From: a virus
Virus record (IMG/VR): IMGVR_UViG_3300045988_175656
Strand: one strand, 5' to 3'
Length of the DNA stretch: 64,000 nt
Positions within the stretch are counted from its first letter, which is position 1, and every line of letters begins with the position of its first letter. Positions 1 through 7,719 of this stretch are shown piece by piece. Below the pieces are notes generated by a model that worked only from the letters and a program-made list of their open reading frames with translations, was not told the origin of the DNA and searched no databases. A program made the translations under genes and the position numbers.

Positions 1-30
1 TTTACGTCCAGCAAGCCCAATTATTCTCAT
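1..30 (-). CDS. 5' end of a leftward gene that runs out of the window (N-terminus MRIIGLAGRK...); product unknown
   Basis: ATG at 28-30 on the minus strand lies 13 nt downstream of a conserved promoter box. The reverse complement reads MRIIGLAGRK with no stop before the window edge. Confidence 0.35.
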   Translation of the reverse strand, partial: MRIIGLAGRK

Positions 31-40
31 ATTTTCTTTT

Positions 41-76
41 TTGCAAATATACAACCTAAAATAATATTTTACCAAT
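41..76 (-). promoter_or_regulatory. Bacteroidota-type promoter (TTG, 21-nt spacer, TATATTTG) inside the conserved element GTTGTATATTTGCAA
   Basis: Plus strand reads ttgcaaatatacaac at 41-55. Minus sense gives the TAnnTTTG box at 44-51 and TTG at 73-75. Confidence 0.6.
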
Positions 77-94
77 GTTTTTAATTTTTTTTAA

Positions 95-103
95 AATATT
101 TAT
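95..103 (+). promoter_or_regulatory. Candidate late-promoter motif AATATTTAT
   Basis: Exact 9-mer 21 nt upstream of the ATG at 124. It belongs to the recurrent A[AC]TATTTAT family. Confidence 0.35.
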
Positions 104-123
104 GAGTAAAATAAGAACCAATA

Positions 124-492
124 ATGAAAAAATTTGTAGAATATATCAAATTGTTAATAAAATCAAATAATGGAGATTCAAGTAAAAGTTTTTTTCTTGT
201 ATCAGTTACATTAACAGGTATTTTATTGCTATTGATATGTGGGTTAGTTTTAATCATTGATGTTTGTTGTACTGGATACATTATAACTGATTTATATGGA
301 GTAGCAACAGTCATTGCTTCTATCGCATCATTATTTGGTGCTGTTGGATGGACTAAAGTTGCAGGAGAAAAACGTTTTTATGATTACAAAAAATATTATC
401 CAGAAGAAAAACAGAGTTTAAATAATAAATCTTCTAATGATAGCATATGTGTTAAACCATCTGAAGATGATATTGAAAATGCATTAAAATAA
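124..492 (+). CDS. Small membrane protein with two predicted TM helices and a charged C-terminal tail (holin-like topology; function unproven)
   Basis: Hydrophobic stretches FFLVSVTLTGILLLLICGLVLII and VATVIASIASLFGAVGW are followed by a K/E/D-rich tail. A late-type motif lies upstream. Confidence 0.5.
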   Translation: MKKFVEYIKLLIKSNNGDSSKSFFLVSVTLTGILLLLICGLVLIIDVCCTGYIITDLYGVATVIASIASLFGAVGWTKVAGEKRFYDYKKYYPEEKQSLNNKSSNDSICVKPSEDDIENALK

Positions 493-493
493 T

Positions 494-643
494 ATGGCTA
501 AGAAAAAAGTTAAAAGTATAAAAGTGTATGTAAATGGAAAATGGGAAAATGTTTTAAACCAAAAAATCTACAAAGATGGAAAATGGCTTACATTTACAAC
601 TGATAGTGGCATTAATAAAGATGGTATATGGTATGTATTATAA
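494..643 (+). CDS. Small hypothetical protein, 49 aa (MAKKKVKSIKVYVNGKWENV...)
   Basis: Hand-translated ORF below the ORF-track cutoff. It starts 2 nt after the previous stop and is followed by a hairpin terminator. Confidence 0.35.
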   Translation: MAKKKVKSIKVYVNGKWENVLNQKIYKDGKWLTFTTDSGINKDGIWYVL

Positions 644-648
644 AAAAA

Positions 649-672
649 GGGAGAAGTTATTCTCCCTTTTGA
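649..672. terminator. Hairpin terminator between convergent genes
   Basis: gggagaa-gtta-ttctccc stem-loop flanked by an A-run and a T-run. Confidence 0.6.
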
Positions 673-968
673 TTTAATGTTGTATCTATAAAATTAGTAA
701 TTTTGTTTTTATCAGCCCCACCAACCATTTTACCAACTTCATTTAAATCATCATCAACAATAATTAATGTTGGTATATTTCTTATACTATATTTAGCACA
801 TAAATCATTTGGGGTAATATTGAACTTTTCAATTAGATTTTCATCTTCAATATCAATTTCAATAAAATCAATATTCTTATATTTTTCATTTTTTGAGACC
901 TCTTCAAAAATTGGTTTCATCATTTTACATGGCATACACCATTGTGCTGAGAATTTTAATATATTCAT
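657..968 (-). CDS. trx: Thioredoxin
   Basis: WCMPCK active site (CxxC) near the N-terminus, a cis-Pro region (NIPTLII) and about 100 aa total length. Confidence 0.85.
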   Translation of the reverse strand: MNILKFSAQWCMPCKMMKPIFEEVSKNEKYKNIDFIEIDIEDENLIEKFNITPNDLCAKYSIRNIPTLIIVDDDLNEVGKMVGGADKNKITNFIDTTLNQKGE

Positions 969-1207
969 TTCTTTTTATACTTTATATTTTTATTATTTAA
1001 ATGTTTATTCATGTTACTTATTGCGAATAATGCTAATCTATCAACTAAATACGCTTCTGTAATTTCATCTATTTCAAAATTATTTTTAGCATGAACTCTT
1101 AACCAATCTACATAAGATGGATTAATATCAATTGCATCTTGTATTGTATGATGTTTATACTTTCCGATTAGCATTTTATCTTTTAAATTATATTTACACA
1201 ATGCCAT
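965..1207 (-). CDS. Small protein with a GKYKxxT...Y(V/L)xWL motif (DUF3820-like)
   Basis: Contains IGKYKHHTIQDAIDINPSYVDWL. First of three tandem genes sharing this N-terminal module. Confidence 0.5.
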   Translation of the reverse strand: MALCKYNLKDKMLIGKYKHHTIQDAIDINPSYVDWLRVHAKNNFEIDEITEAYLVDRLALFAISNMNKHLNNKNIKYKKK

Positions 1208-1209
1208 TA

Positions 1210-1581
1210 TTATATATCTTCTTCAGAAAGTTCAAAATCATCATCAAAATCATCATCCACTGATTCATCATTATCAGAATCAATTGTTAAAAGCTTAGGG
1301 TTATCTTTAATTATAAGTTCATTAATTAATGTTGTTGCGTCTATGGTATCAATTTCTAATTTTTTAGTCAATTCACTATTATCATGTTCAACAATACTAC
1401 AAATTGTTGAAACAGAATGAATTGATTTTTTAATACCTGCCTGTTCCAACACTTCATCAGAAAAGTTAAAACCTTCTTTTATCAATCTAAATATACACTT
1501 TTTATCATTTGAAAGTATTTTAGAAACTTTTTTTCCCTTATACTCACCCTTATCTATTATTGAATTTATTTCTAATTTCAT
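1210..1581 (-). CDS. Hypothetical protein, paralog of 1719-2075, with an acidic C-terminal tail
   Basis: GEYKGKKVSKIL...FSDEVLEQAGIKK aligns with GEFEYQTVREVL...FDKEVLDRAGIKS in the neighbouring gene. Confidence 0.55.
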   Translation of the reverse strand: MKLEINSIIDKGEYKGKKVSKILSNDKKCIFRLIKEGFNFSDEVLEQAGIKKSIHSVSTICSIVEHDNSELTKKLEIDTIDATTLINELIIKDNPKLLTIDSDNDESVDDDFDDDFELSEEDI

Positions 1582-1718
1582 AAATTTTTTTTATATTAAA
1601 TATTACCCATATTACGTTAATCTTCATAATATGATTGGTTATCATCATATTTTTCTTTTAAATTTTGATATAACTCTGATTCAAAATCATCTTATACATA
1701 TTCTCCACATGGTAGGCT

Positions 1719-2075
1719 TCAATCAAAATTATAGCCCATTTCATCTTCTTCACTAAGACTATCAGGAAAATGCTTGTTATCAATATTCTTTTTGAAATCG
1801 TTCAAAACTGTTGTCCCAATAGGTCTATTATGAATAATATCTTCTAAACATGGTTTATCATGGGAAATATAAATTACATTTACATTATCAATACCAAATA
1901 ATATGTTTTTTGATTCTGATTTAATACCAGCTCTATCAAGAACCTCTTTATCAAACAAATACCCTTTATTACATAAATTAAGAATATTCGTCCTATTATC
2001 TGATAATACTTCTCTTACAGTTTGATATTCAAATTCACCATCAAGAATATCATCCATATAATATATCTTATTCAT
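1719..2075 (-). CDS. Hypothetical protein, paralog of 1210-1581
   Basis: Shares the N-terminal module with the neighbouring gene (see 1210-1581). Confidence 0.55.
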   Translation of the reverse strand: MNKIYYMDDILDGEFEYQTVREVLSDNRTNILNLCNKGYLFDKEVLDRAGIKSESKNILFGIDNVNVIYISHDKPCLEDIIHNRPIGTTVLNDFKKNIDNKHFPDSLSEEDEMGYNFD

Positions 2076-2076
2076 A

Positions 2077-2352
2077 TTATTTTTTTAATGTTTTCAATTT
2101 AATAATATCACCAATAGGAAAAGTATTTTGTTTTGGTCTGTGCTTTATTTTTGTTTTACGAGAAAGGAATAATGGGATTGTGACTACTGAATATGATGTA
2201 TAATAAGCTTCTTTAGATGCTGTTTTCTCATAGTTTTGTAAATACTTTTTAGCATTTTCTTTCATATCAAATGCTGCAAGTATAGAATACCAAACTCCAT
2301 CCTCATTGTATTCTCCATATTCTTTTTTAACAACTGCATAAATTTTGTTCAT
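2077..2352 (-). CDS. Hypothetical protein
   Basis: ORF tightly packed in the leftward operon, with 1-nt gaps to its neighbours. Confidence 0.5.
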   Translation of the reverse strand: MNKIYAVVKKEYGEYNEDGVWYSILAAFDMKENAKKYLQNYEKTASKEAYYTSYSVVTIPLFLSRKTKIKHRPKQNTFPIGDIIKLKTLKK

Positions 2353-2802
2353 TTATAATAATTTTAAATGTTTTGTGAACTTATCAATTTCTTCACTCAC
2401 CCAAGGACCAATACCAATGCAGGTTTTTGTTTTTACACCATGAAATTCAGTTAAACCATTATCTTCAATCATTACAATTGGAATTTCGGGAGCTTCTTTT
2501 TTAATGTTATTATATAGAGAAACTAATTCATCCTCATTATCAACACAAAGACATATTTTAGTAAAAATACCATCTAACCATGAAGATAGTATCTTATCTT
2601 CTTTATCCATATCATCACCACTATTCTTATAAGTTAATAGATAATTAGTGAATTTATCATTAGCTTTATCTTTAGTAAACATTGTTAATAATGCCCCTAA
2701 TGAAGCGTGAGCACCTTGGCTTACCATTTTCCCTTTACGCATACCTAAATCTTTGCGTAAAACAATAACTTGTTTACAATTTACCAATGTATTCTGCTCC
2801 AT
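2353..2802 (-). CDS. pth2: Peptidyl-tRNA hydrolase, PTH2 (archaeal/eukaryotic) type
   Basis: KQVIVLRKDLGMRKGKMVSQGAHASLGA matches the PTH2 signature (VVR-DL-M-KGK-AQ-HA). The C-terminus IGIGPW...HLKLL is also typical. Confidence 0.75.
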   Translation of the reverse strand: MEQNTLVNCKQVIVLRKDLGMRKGKMVSQGAHASLGALLTMFTKDKANDKFTNYLLTYKNSGDDMDKEDKILSSWLDGIFTKICLCVDNEDELVSLYNNIKKEAPEIPIVMIEDNGLTEFHGVKTKTCIGIGPWVSEEIDKFTKHLKLL

Positions 2803-3115
2803 ATTGTTTAGTATCTATTTCTTCAAATTTGAAATTTATTACATCTTGTTTAAATTGTTCCAATGCTTTTTCCATTTCATTAAATACTTCTCTTTTTTTA
2901 ATGTTTGTCACTGTGTTAATAGTTTCAATTCCACGATATAATTTACTGATTACTAAATCAGGCAATAATTCAATACCATCAACAGCACTTCTCAAAAGTT
3001 TTGCAGCAGTTTCATTGTTATCTTTTGTAAATTTTAGTTCTACAATAAAACTTTCATTTTCAGGAAAATAGCCCATTAATGTGTTATTCCTATCATTTTT
3101 TACATTTTTTTCCAT
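2774..3115 (-). CDS. Hypothetical protein
   Basis: ORF in operon orientation. Its 3' end overlaps the pth2 start by 29 nt. Confidence 0.45.
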   Translation of the reverse strand: MEKNVKNDRNNTLMGYFPENESFIVELKFTKDNNETAAKLLRSAVDGIELLPDLVISKLYRGIETINTVTNIKKREVFNEMEKALEQFKQDVINFKFEEIDTKQYGAEYIGKL

Positions 3116-3213
3116 ACATTAACATATATTTAATATTAGATGCTACTACTTTATTTGTGTTAAGCTGTTAATATGTAATTAAGCTACCTTATAATAGTTA
3201 AGTAGCATCTTTT

Positions 3214-4296
3214 TTATTCATTCAAATTATACACCTTATCAAGCATTGATATTATCATATCTTTTGTAATATGAATATTTTTTGTATCTGACATATCAGG
3301 TGCTTCATACATTATATCAGTTAAAATTATTTCTAAAATAGAACGTAATCCACGTGCGCCTAATTTCAGTTTTAAAGCTGTTTTAGCTATTTCTTTCAAA
3401 GCTTCTTTATCAAATGATATGTTTATACCATCGACAGATAAAAGTTTCTTAAATTGCTTTAAAATTGCATTTTTTGGCTCTGAAATAATTTTGATTAAAT
3501 CTTCTTCAGTCAAAGGATTTGTATAAGTAATTACAGGGAAACGTCCTATTAGTTCAGGAATTAACCCAAATGAACGTAAATCTTGTGAAGTCACTTGTTT
3601 AAGAATATTTCCTTCTATTTCTTTTTGTTTTTCCGTTTTATTTTTAAAACCTATTGAATTAACATTTAAGCGTTTCTTTATGTTTTGTTCAAGCCCCACA
3701 AATGCACCAAGACCAATTATAAGAATATTTTTTGTATTAACATAGGTCAATGGGATTTCAGGATGTTTTCTTCCGCCTTTAGGTGGCACACCAACCACAT
3801 TACCTTCTACTATTTTTAATAATGCTTGCTGTACACCTTCTCCACTTACATCACGAGTAATAGAAGGATTATCACTTTTGCGAGCAATTTTATCAATTTC
3901 ATCAATAACAATAATACCTCTTTCTGCTAAAGCAACATTATAATCAGCTTTTTGTAGTAGACCAACAACAATTGTTTCTACATCATCACCTACATATCCA
4001 GCTTCAGTCAATGTTGTGGCATCTGCTATATAACAAGGAAGTCCCAGCATTTCAGCTATTGTTTTGACTAGAAATGTTTTACCTGTTCCTGTTTCACCTG
4101 CCATAATGATATTAGATTTTTCTACTTGTATATCTGCAAACTCTCCATCGTTACCAATACCTTCATCATTCATCAAGATACGCTTTAGATGATTATATAT
4201 TGCCACAGACAATATTTTCTTTGCGTCATCTTGCCCAATAACATACTGGTCTAAGTATTCTTTAATCTCACGAGGTGTTTTATCCATCTTAATCAT
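3214..4296 (-). CDS. clpX: ClpX-like AAA+ unfoldase lacking the N-terminal zinc-binding domain
   Basis: Near-collinear with bacterial ClpX from the post-ZBD linker ([21 protein letters not shown]). Walker A GETGTGKT, pore loop GYVG, Walker [12 protein letters not shown] loop GGRKHP, IGF loop NSIGFKN and sensor GARGLRS are all present. Confidence 0.9.
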   Translation of the reverse strand: MIKMDKTPREIKEYLDQYVIGQDDAKKILSVAIYNHLKRILMNDEGIGNDGEFADIQVEKSNIIMAGETGTGKTFLVKTIAEMLGLPCYIADATTLTEAGYVGDDVETIVVGLLQKADYNVALAERGIIVIDEIDKIARKSDNPSITRDVSGEGVQQALLKIVEGNVVGVPPKGGRKHPEIPLTYVNTKNILIIGLGAFVGLEQNIKKRLNVNSIGFKNKTEKQKEIEGNILKQVTSQDLRSFGLIPELIGRFPVITYTNPLTEEDLIKIISEPKNAILKQFKKLLSVDGINISFDKEALKEIAKTALKLKLGARGLRSILEIILTDIMYEAPDMSDTKNIHITKDMIISMLDKVYNLNE

Positions 4297-4327
4297 ATCT
4301 TAAAATCGTTTTAAATTTGAATTACGA

Positions 4328-4361
4328 TGCAAATATACTATTTATTTTTCATTAATCCAAA
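4328..4361 (-). promoter_or_regulatory. Bacteroidota-type promoter for clpX (TTTG, 20-nt spacer, TATATTTG)
   Basis: Plus strand reads tgcaaatatac at 4328-4338. The -7 box is at 4330-4337 and the -33 TTTG at 4358-4361 in minus sense. Confidence 0.55.
4337..4345 (+). promoter_or_regulatory. Candidate late-type motif ACTATTTAT in a divergent intergenic region
   Basis: Exact 9-mer 16 nt upstream of the ATG at 4361. Confidence 0.3.
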
Positions 4362-5227
4362 TGGATAATAGAAAAATTTTGGGTATTTATGGTATATTAA
4401 TCTGTTTTACAATGAGAAAAGTAATTTTTAATAAGGATTATTTAACAATATTAAAAGAAAATTTACAGGAAAACCTATATGATGAAGTATCAATGAGCGA
4501 TATTAATCTCAATCCACTTGAACCAAAGCCACAACTTAATCCAAAATTTTGGATTAACGGAAAACTTAATTCAAAAGTGAGATTAAAATTAATGGATATT
4601 GCTGACGATTTCATTCAGACACTCAATGTTAAATGGGTAAAACCACTTGATATTGTGTTTACAGGTTCATTAGCTAATTATAATTGGACAAAATATTCTG
4701 ATATAGATGTACATGTAATTATGAATTATAAAGATGTGTATGAAAATATAGAGTTTGTAAAAGAATATTTTGAAATGAAAAAATATTCTTGGATGCAAGA
4801 CCATGACAATTTGAGAATATATGGCTTTCCAATCGAGTTATATGTTGAAAATTCAAATGATGCTGCTAATTCAAGTGGGGTTTATTCACTTGAAAAAAAC
4901 AAATGGGTTGTTGAACCAAAACCATTTAATGATAATGAATTTGATGAACAATATGTAAAGAAAACTGCTGCCAAGTTAATGACTCAGGTTGATGAACTAT
5001 CTGATATGATTGATGAAACTGATGATGATTACAAAATTGATATATTATCAAAAAAAGTTAAAAGATTAAATGATAAGGTAAAATTCATCAGACAAAAGTC
5101 TTTAAAGAAAGATGGTGAGATGGGAAATGGAAATATTATTTATAAAGTAATGAGAAATGCTGGATATATAGATAAGTTATGGGATTTAAAGTCAAAAACT
5201 TATGATAAATTAAATTCATTAAAATAA
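4361..5227 (+). CDS. Putative nucleotidyltransferase (Pol-beta fold)
   Basis: FTGSLANYNWTKYSDIDVHVI fits the GS-x(9-13)-DxD minimal NTase signature. A downstream acidic strand (PIELYVE) is also present. Confidence 0.5.
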   Translation: MDNRKILGIYGILICFTMRKVIFNKDYLTILKENLQENLYDEVSMSDINLNPLEPKPQLNPKFWINGKLNSKVRLKLMDIADDFIQTLNVKWVKPLDIVFTGSLANYNWTKYSDIDVHVIMNYKDVYENIEFVKEYFEMKKYSWMQDHDNLRIYGFPIELYVENSNDAANSSGVYSLEKNKWVVEPKPFNDNEFDEQYVKKTAAKLMTQVDELSDMIDETDDDYKIDILSKKVKRLNDKVKFIRQKSLKKDGEMGNGNIIYKVMRNAGYIDKLWDLKSKTYDKLNSLK

Positions 5228-5230
5228 TGA

Positions 5231-5250
5231 AATATTTATATTTAAAATAA
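5231..5250 (+). promoter_or_regulatory. Candidate strong late promoter AATATTTATATTTAAAATAA
   Basis: Nearly identical over about 25 nt to the element upstream of the major capsid gene (19391-19411). Confidence 0.45.
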
Positions 5251-5295
5251 ACTAATTATATTATACTGTATAATAGAAAAAAATTTATATACAAA

Positions 5296-6942
5296 ATGAC
5301 GATATATGAATCACAAATAGAGAAAATGAAAAATCTTATGAGCTATGGTTTGGTGAATGAAAACAAACCAAGTATCAATAAGACAGTTGTTGAATACCAT
5401 GTTGAAGGTGCAGATGGTAAAACTTATGGAATTATTAGAGAAAATCATAAATTCTATATCAAAACAGCCCCTAAAAAAGATACTGAAGTTTTAGCTGAAG
5501 ATTATGACTATATAGGTGGATTTATGAACCGTGCTGCTAACGAATTTAATAGTTATGCATTAGCTTCTAAACAATTAGAAATGAAATTAATGTCTTTAAA
5601 TGAAGCATATTCTTCAAGAAAACCAATTGCTGAACAATTCAAACCTGTTGAAAAAGCTGAATGGGTTATTGAAGAAACTAAAGAAATGCAAAGCGAAATT
5701 GACCGCCAAAGACAAATTATGCGTAATGCAGCAGGTATTTTAAATGAAGATGCAAAAATACCTATGAATCGTGAAGTTCCTGAAGCACCTGCTACTAACC
5801 CTTCTGACAAAACTAAAAATGGTCCATTCACAGAAAAAGCAACAGCCAAAGGTGATAAAGATTCGGTTAGACCATCTAACAATCATGTAGCAGCAGGTAA
5901 ACCTTTTGATAAATCTGAAACAGTATCAGATAGTGATATGGAATCAGACAAAAATCCTAAAGGTGGTGCAGATACAAACTCTCCACATACGGAAGCTGCT
6001 AAATATGTTCCTGCTGGTTCAGTTGCAAACCAAAAACCAAAAGGTGCAAAAGCTGTTAAAATGAATGAAGGACATAAAGTAAAAGTTACTGAAGAACAAG
6101 TTTTAACATGGAACAAAAACAAAGATTATTTGGATAAAGCTAAAGGAACTGAAATTGGTAGTTCAGCACCATTTTGTGATGAATTAGGTCAAGAAAGTAA
6201 TCAAACTGAAGCTGATACTGAAAAAATTCAAGAATCTGATGGAGCAATGCACACAGAAGGAGATAACATCAACAAACCAAAACCAGGAAACGGAGAAATT
6301 GGTAGTTCTGAGCCATTTGATAAAAAAGTTAATGAAGGTGACGATAATGATGACGAAGATTTGAACGAAGATATTCATATGAATGAAGATATGCCTTTCC
6401 CAGGTGTTGATTATACACAAGATGATTTGTCAGAAGATGATGTTGAAAACTTTGCTGGAATGCCTGATGAATATCAAGATTATGGAACACAATTTGACCA
6501 TGCATGGGAAGCATTTATACAACAAAACCCACAATTTGCTAAAGTTCAAAAACCTCAAATGCCAAGTGATAATGCTTTTGACTCTGAATATTCAAATGCT
6601 CAAAACTTACCTTGGGAAAGCAAACAGAAAAAAGGTAAAGTTGTTAAAGAGGAAAGTGAAACTGTGTTAGATGATTTTGGTAAACACCCTGCTTATCAAA
6701 AAACGGTAATGACATTACCACCTAATAAAGAAGTTGCTCCTAATGGAGCAAAAGATTGGAATGATAAATCAGTTGACGGTGACAAACCATATGGTTTAAA
6801 AATTGGTAGTTCAGCACCTTTTGATGATATTGTTAAAGTAATTACTGATTCTGTAATGAAAAAATTAAGTCAAATGAAATTGACTGCAAGCAACAATTCA
6901 GAAAAAGGAAATACTGATGAACAAGGTGAAAAAAAAAAGTAA
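5296..6942 (+). CDS. Low-complexity acidic late protein with repeated IGSSAPF motifs (probable virion or prohead component)
   Basis: Long ORF behind an MCP-like promoter element. EIGSSAPF, EIGSSEPF and KIGSSAPF occur at aa 286, 334 and 502. The ORF ends inside an A10 run. Confidence 0.7.
   Translation: MTIYESQIEKMKNLMSYGLVNENKPSINKTVVEYHVEGADGKTYGIIRENHKFYIKTAPKKDTEVLAEDYDYIGGFMNRAANEFNSYALASKQLEMKLMSLNEAYSSRKPIAEQFKPVEKAEWVIEETKEMQSEIDRQRQIMRNAAGILNEDAKIPMNREVPEAPATNPSDKTKNGPFTEKATAKGDKDSVRPSNNHVAAGKPFDKSETVSDSDMESDKNPKGGADTNSPHTEAAKYVPAGSVANQKPKGAKAVKMNEGHKVKVTEEQVLTWNKNKDYLDKAKGTEIGSSAPFCDELGQESNQTEADTEKIQESDGAMHTEGDNINKPKPGNGEIGSSEPFDKKVNEGDDNDDEDLNEDIHMNEDMPFPGVDYTQDDLSEDDVENFAGMPDEYQDYGTQFDHAWEAFIQQNPQFAKVQKPQMPSDNAFDSEYSNAQNLPWESKQKKGKVVKEESETVLDDFGKHPAYQKTVMTLPPNKEVAPNGAKDWNDKSVDGDKPYGLKIGSSAPFDDIVKVITDSVMKKLSQMKLTASNNSEKGNTDEQGEKKK
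6933..6939 (+). promoter_or_regulatory. Candidate -1 frameshift slippery heptamer A AAA AAG immediately before the stop codon
   Basis: Zero-frame codons read gaa aaa aaa aag taa. The -1 frame is open only from 6930 and continues into ORF 7014-7619. Confidence 0.4.
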
Positions 6943-7013
6943 GTGAGAATATTAGTGAAAAAAAAGTACTAAAAATTAAAACTGATAAAAAAGAAGAAGT
7001 ACCCCAAGGTGGT

Positions 7014-7619
7014 ATGATGAACAATCAGATGCCACCTATGGATAATCCTCAACCACAAATGGATAATCAAATGCCACCAATGAATGATATGGGTGGAGAA
7101 CAAGGTAATGATGAACAATTTGATGCTGATTTTGATGCTGGTGTAGAAGCTGATGAAAACAGTGACCCAAAAAGATATATTCAACAATTAGCAGGTAAAT
7201 TGAGCCAATCATTAAGAAAATATAATGAAGGTTTACCCAATCCAGATGTGGACTTAAACAAATATGTGGCAGGTATGGCTAATGATGCAGCAGTGGAAGG
7301 TTTATCACCTGAAGATGTTGAAGAAATCATAAATAAAATAAAATCAGATGAAAATTCTGATTCTGAAAATCAAGAAACGCCACAGGATAATGTAGATACA
7401 CCACCAATGGACAATAATCAGGATATGAGCCAAAGTCCTGAAATACCACCAATGGAAAATAAAAAATCTACAAAAAAGTTAACTGAAAATTTAGAATCAT
7501 ATATTGATGAAATAGTTAATGATATTATTTCACAAAAACCTAATAATGTAAATAATGATAAAATCAAAGTTAACAAAAGTTTTAAAACTAAACCTTACAC
7601 TTCACCAATGTTTAAATAA
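7014..7619 (+). CDS. Low-complexity M/P/Q/N- and acid-rich protein, possibly the C-terminal extension of 5296-6942 through a -1 shift
   Basis: The frame is open from 6930. No promoter motif or terminator separates it from the upstream gene. Confidence 0.55.
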   Translation: MMNNQMPPMDNPQPQMDNQMPPMNDMGGEQGNDEQFDADFDAGVEADENSDPKRYIQQLAGKLSQSLRKYNEGLPNPDVDLNKYVAGMANDAAVEGLSPEDVEEIINKIKSDENSDSENQETPQDNVDTPPMDNNQDMSQSPEIPPMENKKSTKKLTENLESYIDEIVNDIISQKPNNVNNDKIKVNKSFKTKPYTSPMFK

Positions 7620-7638
7620 AAATTAAGATAAATTATTA

Positions 7639-7677
7639 AAATCACCAAATATTCTTTATTTGGTGATTTTATTTTTT
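7639..7677 (+). terminator. Rho-independent terminator
   Basis: atcaccaaat / atttggtgat 10-bp stem followed by a T-run. Confidence 0.7.
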
Positions 7678-7719
7678 AGATTATTTGTAAGATAATTATA
7701 TATAAATTACATTATTGCA

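Noticed and set aside
124-643. Complete lysis cassette (holin plus endolysin plus spanin).
   Set aside because: Only a two-TM small membrane protein is present. The adjacent 49-aa ORF has no lysozyme, amidase or lipobox features, so no lysis module is claimed.
703-1062. Plus-strand ORF antisense to the thioredoxin gene. Similar shadow ORFs occur at 81-314, 2753-3071, 5553-6122, 6184-6514, 6842-7187, 13078-13380, 14217-14663, 15589-16202, 27444-27821, 28245-28682, 29508-29810, 31398-31736, 33229-33489, 34332-34834, 38601-38887, 41938-42150, 42963-43612, 49090-50949, 51128-51445, 54729-55280, 55860-56096, 57302-57559, 58236-58532 and 61462-61671.
   Set aside because: All lie opposite or out of frame to longer ORFs that carry recognisable motifs or fit the operon structure. 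Their products are low-complexity F/I/L/S-rich strings typical of antisense reading of AT-rich coding DNA. Several simply mirror sense-strand repeats, for example the tail-fibre Ala-rich region.
3128-3200. Possible tRNA gene in the clpX-downstream gap.
   Set aside because: The 10-bp terminal stem encloses only 53 nt. There is no GTTC T-loop, no D-arm consensus and no plausible cloverleaf. It is kept only as an unexplained structured element.
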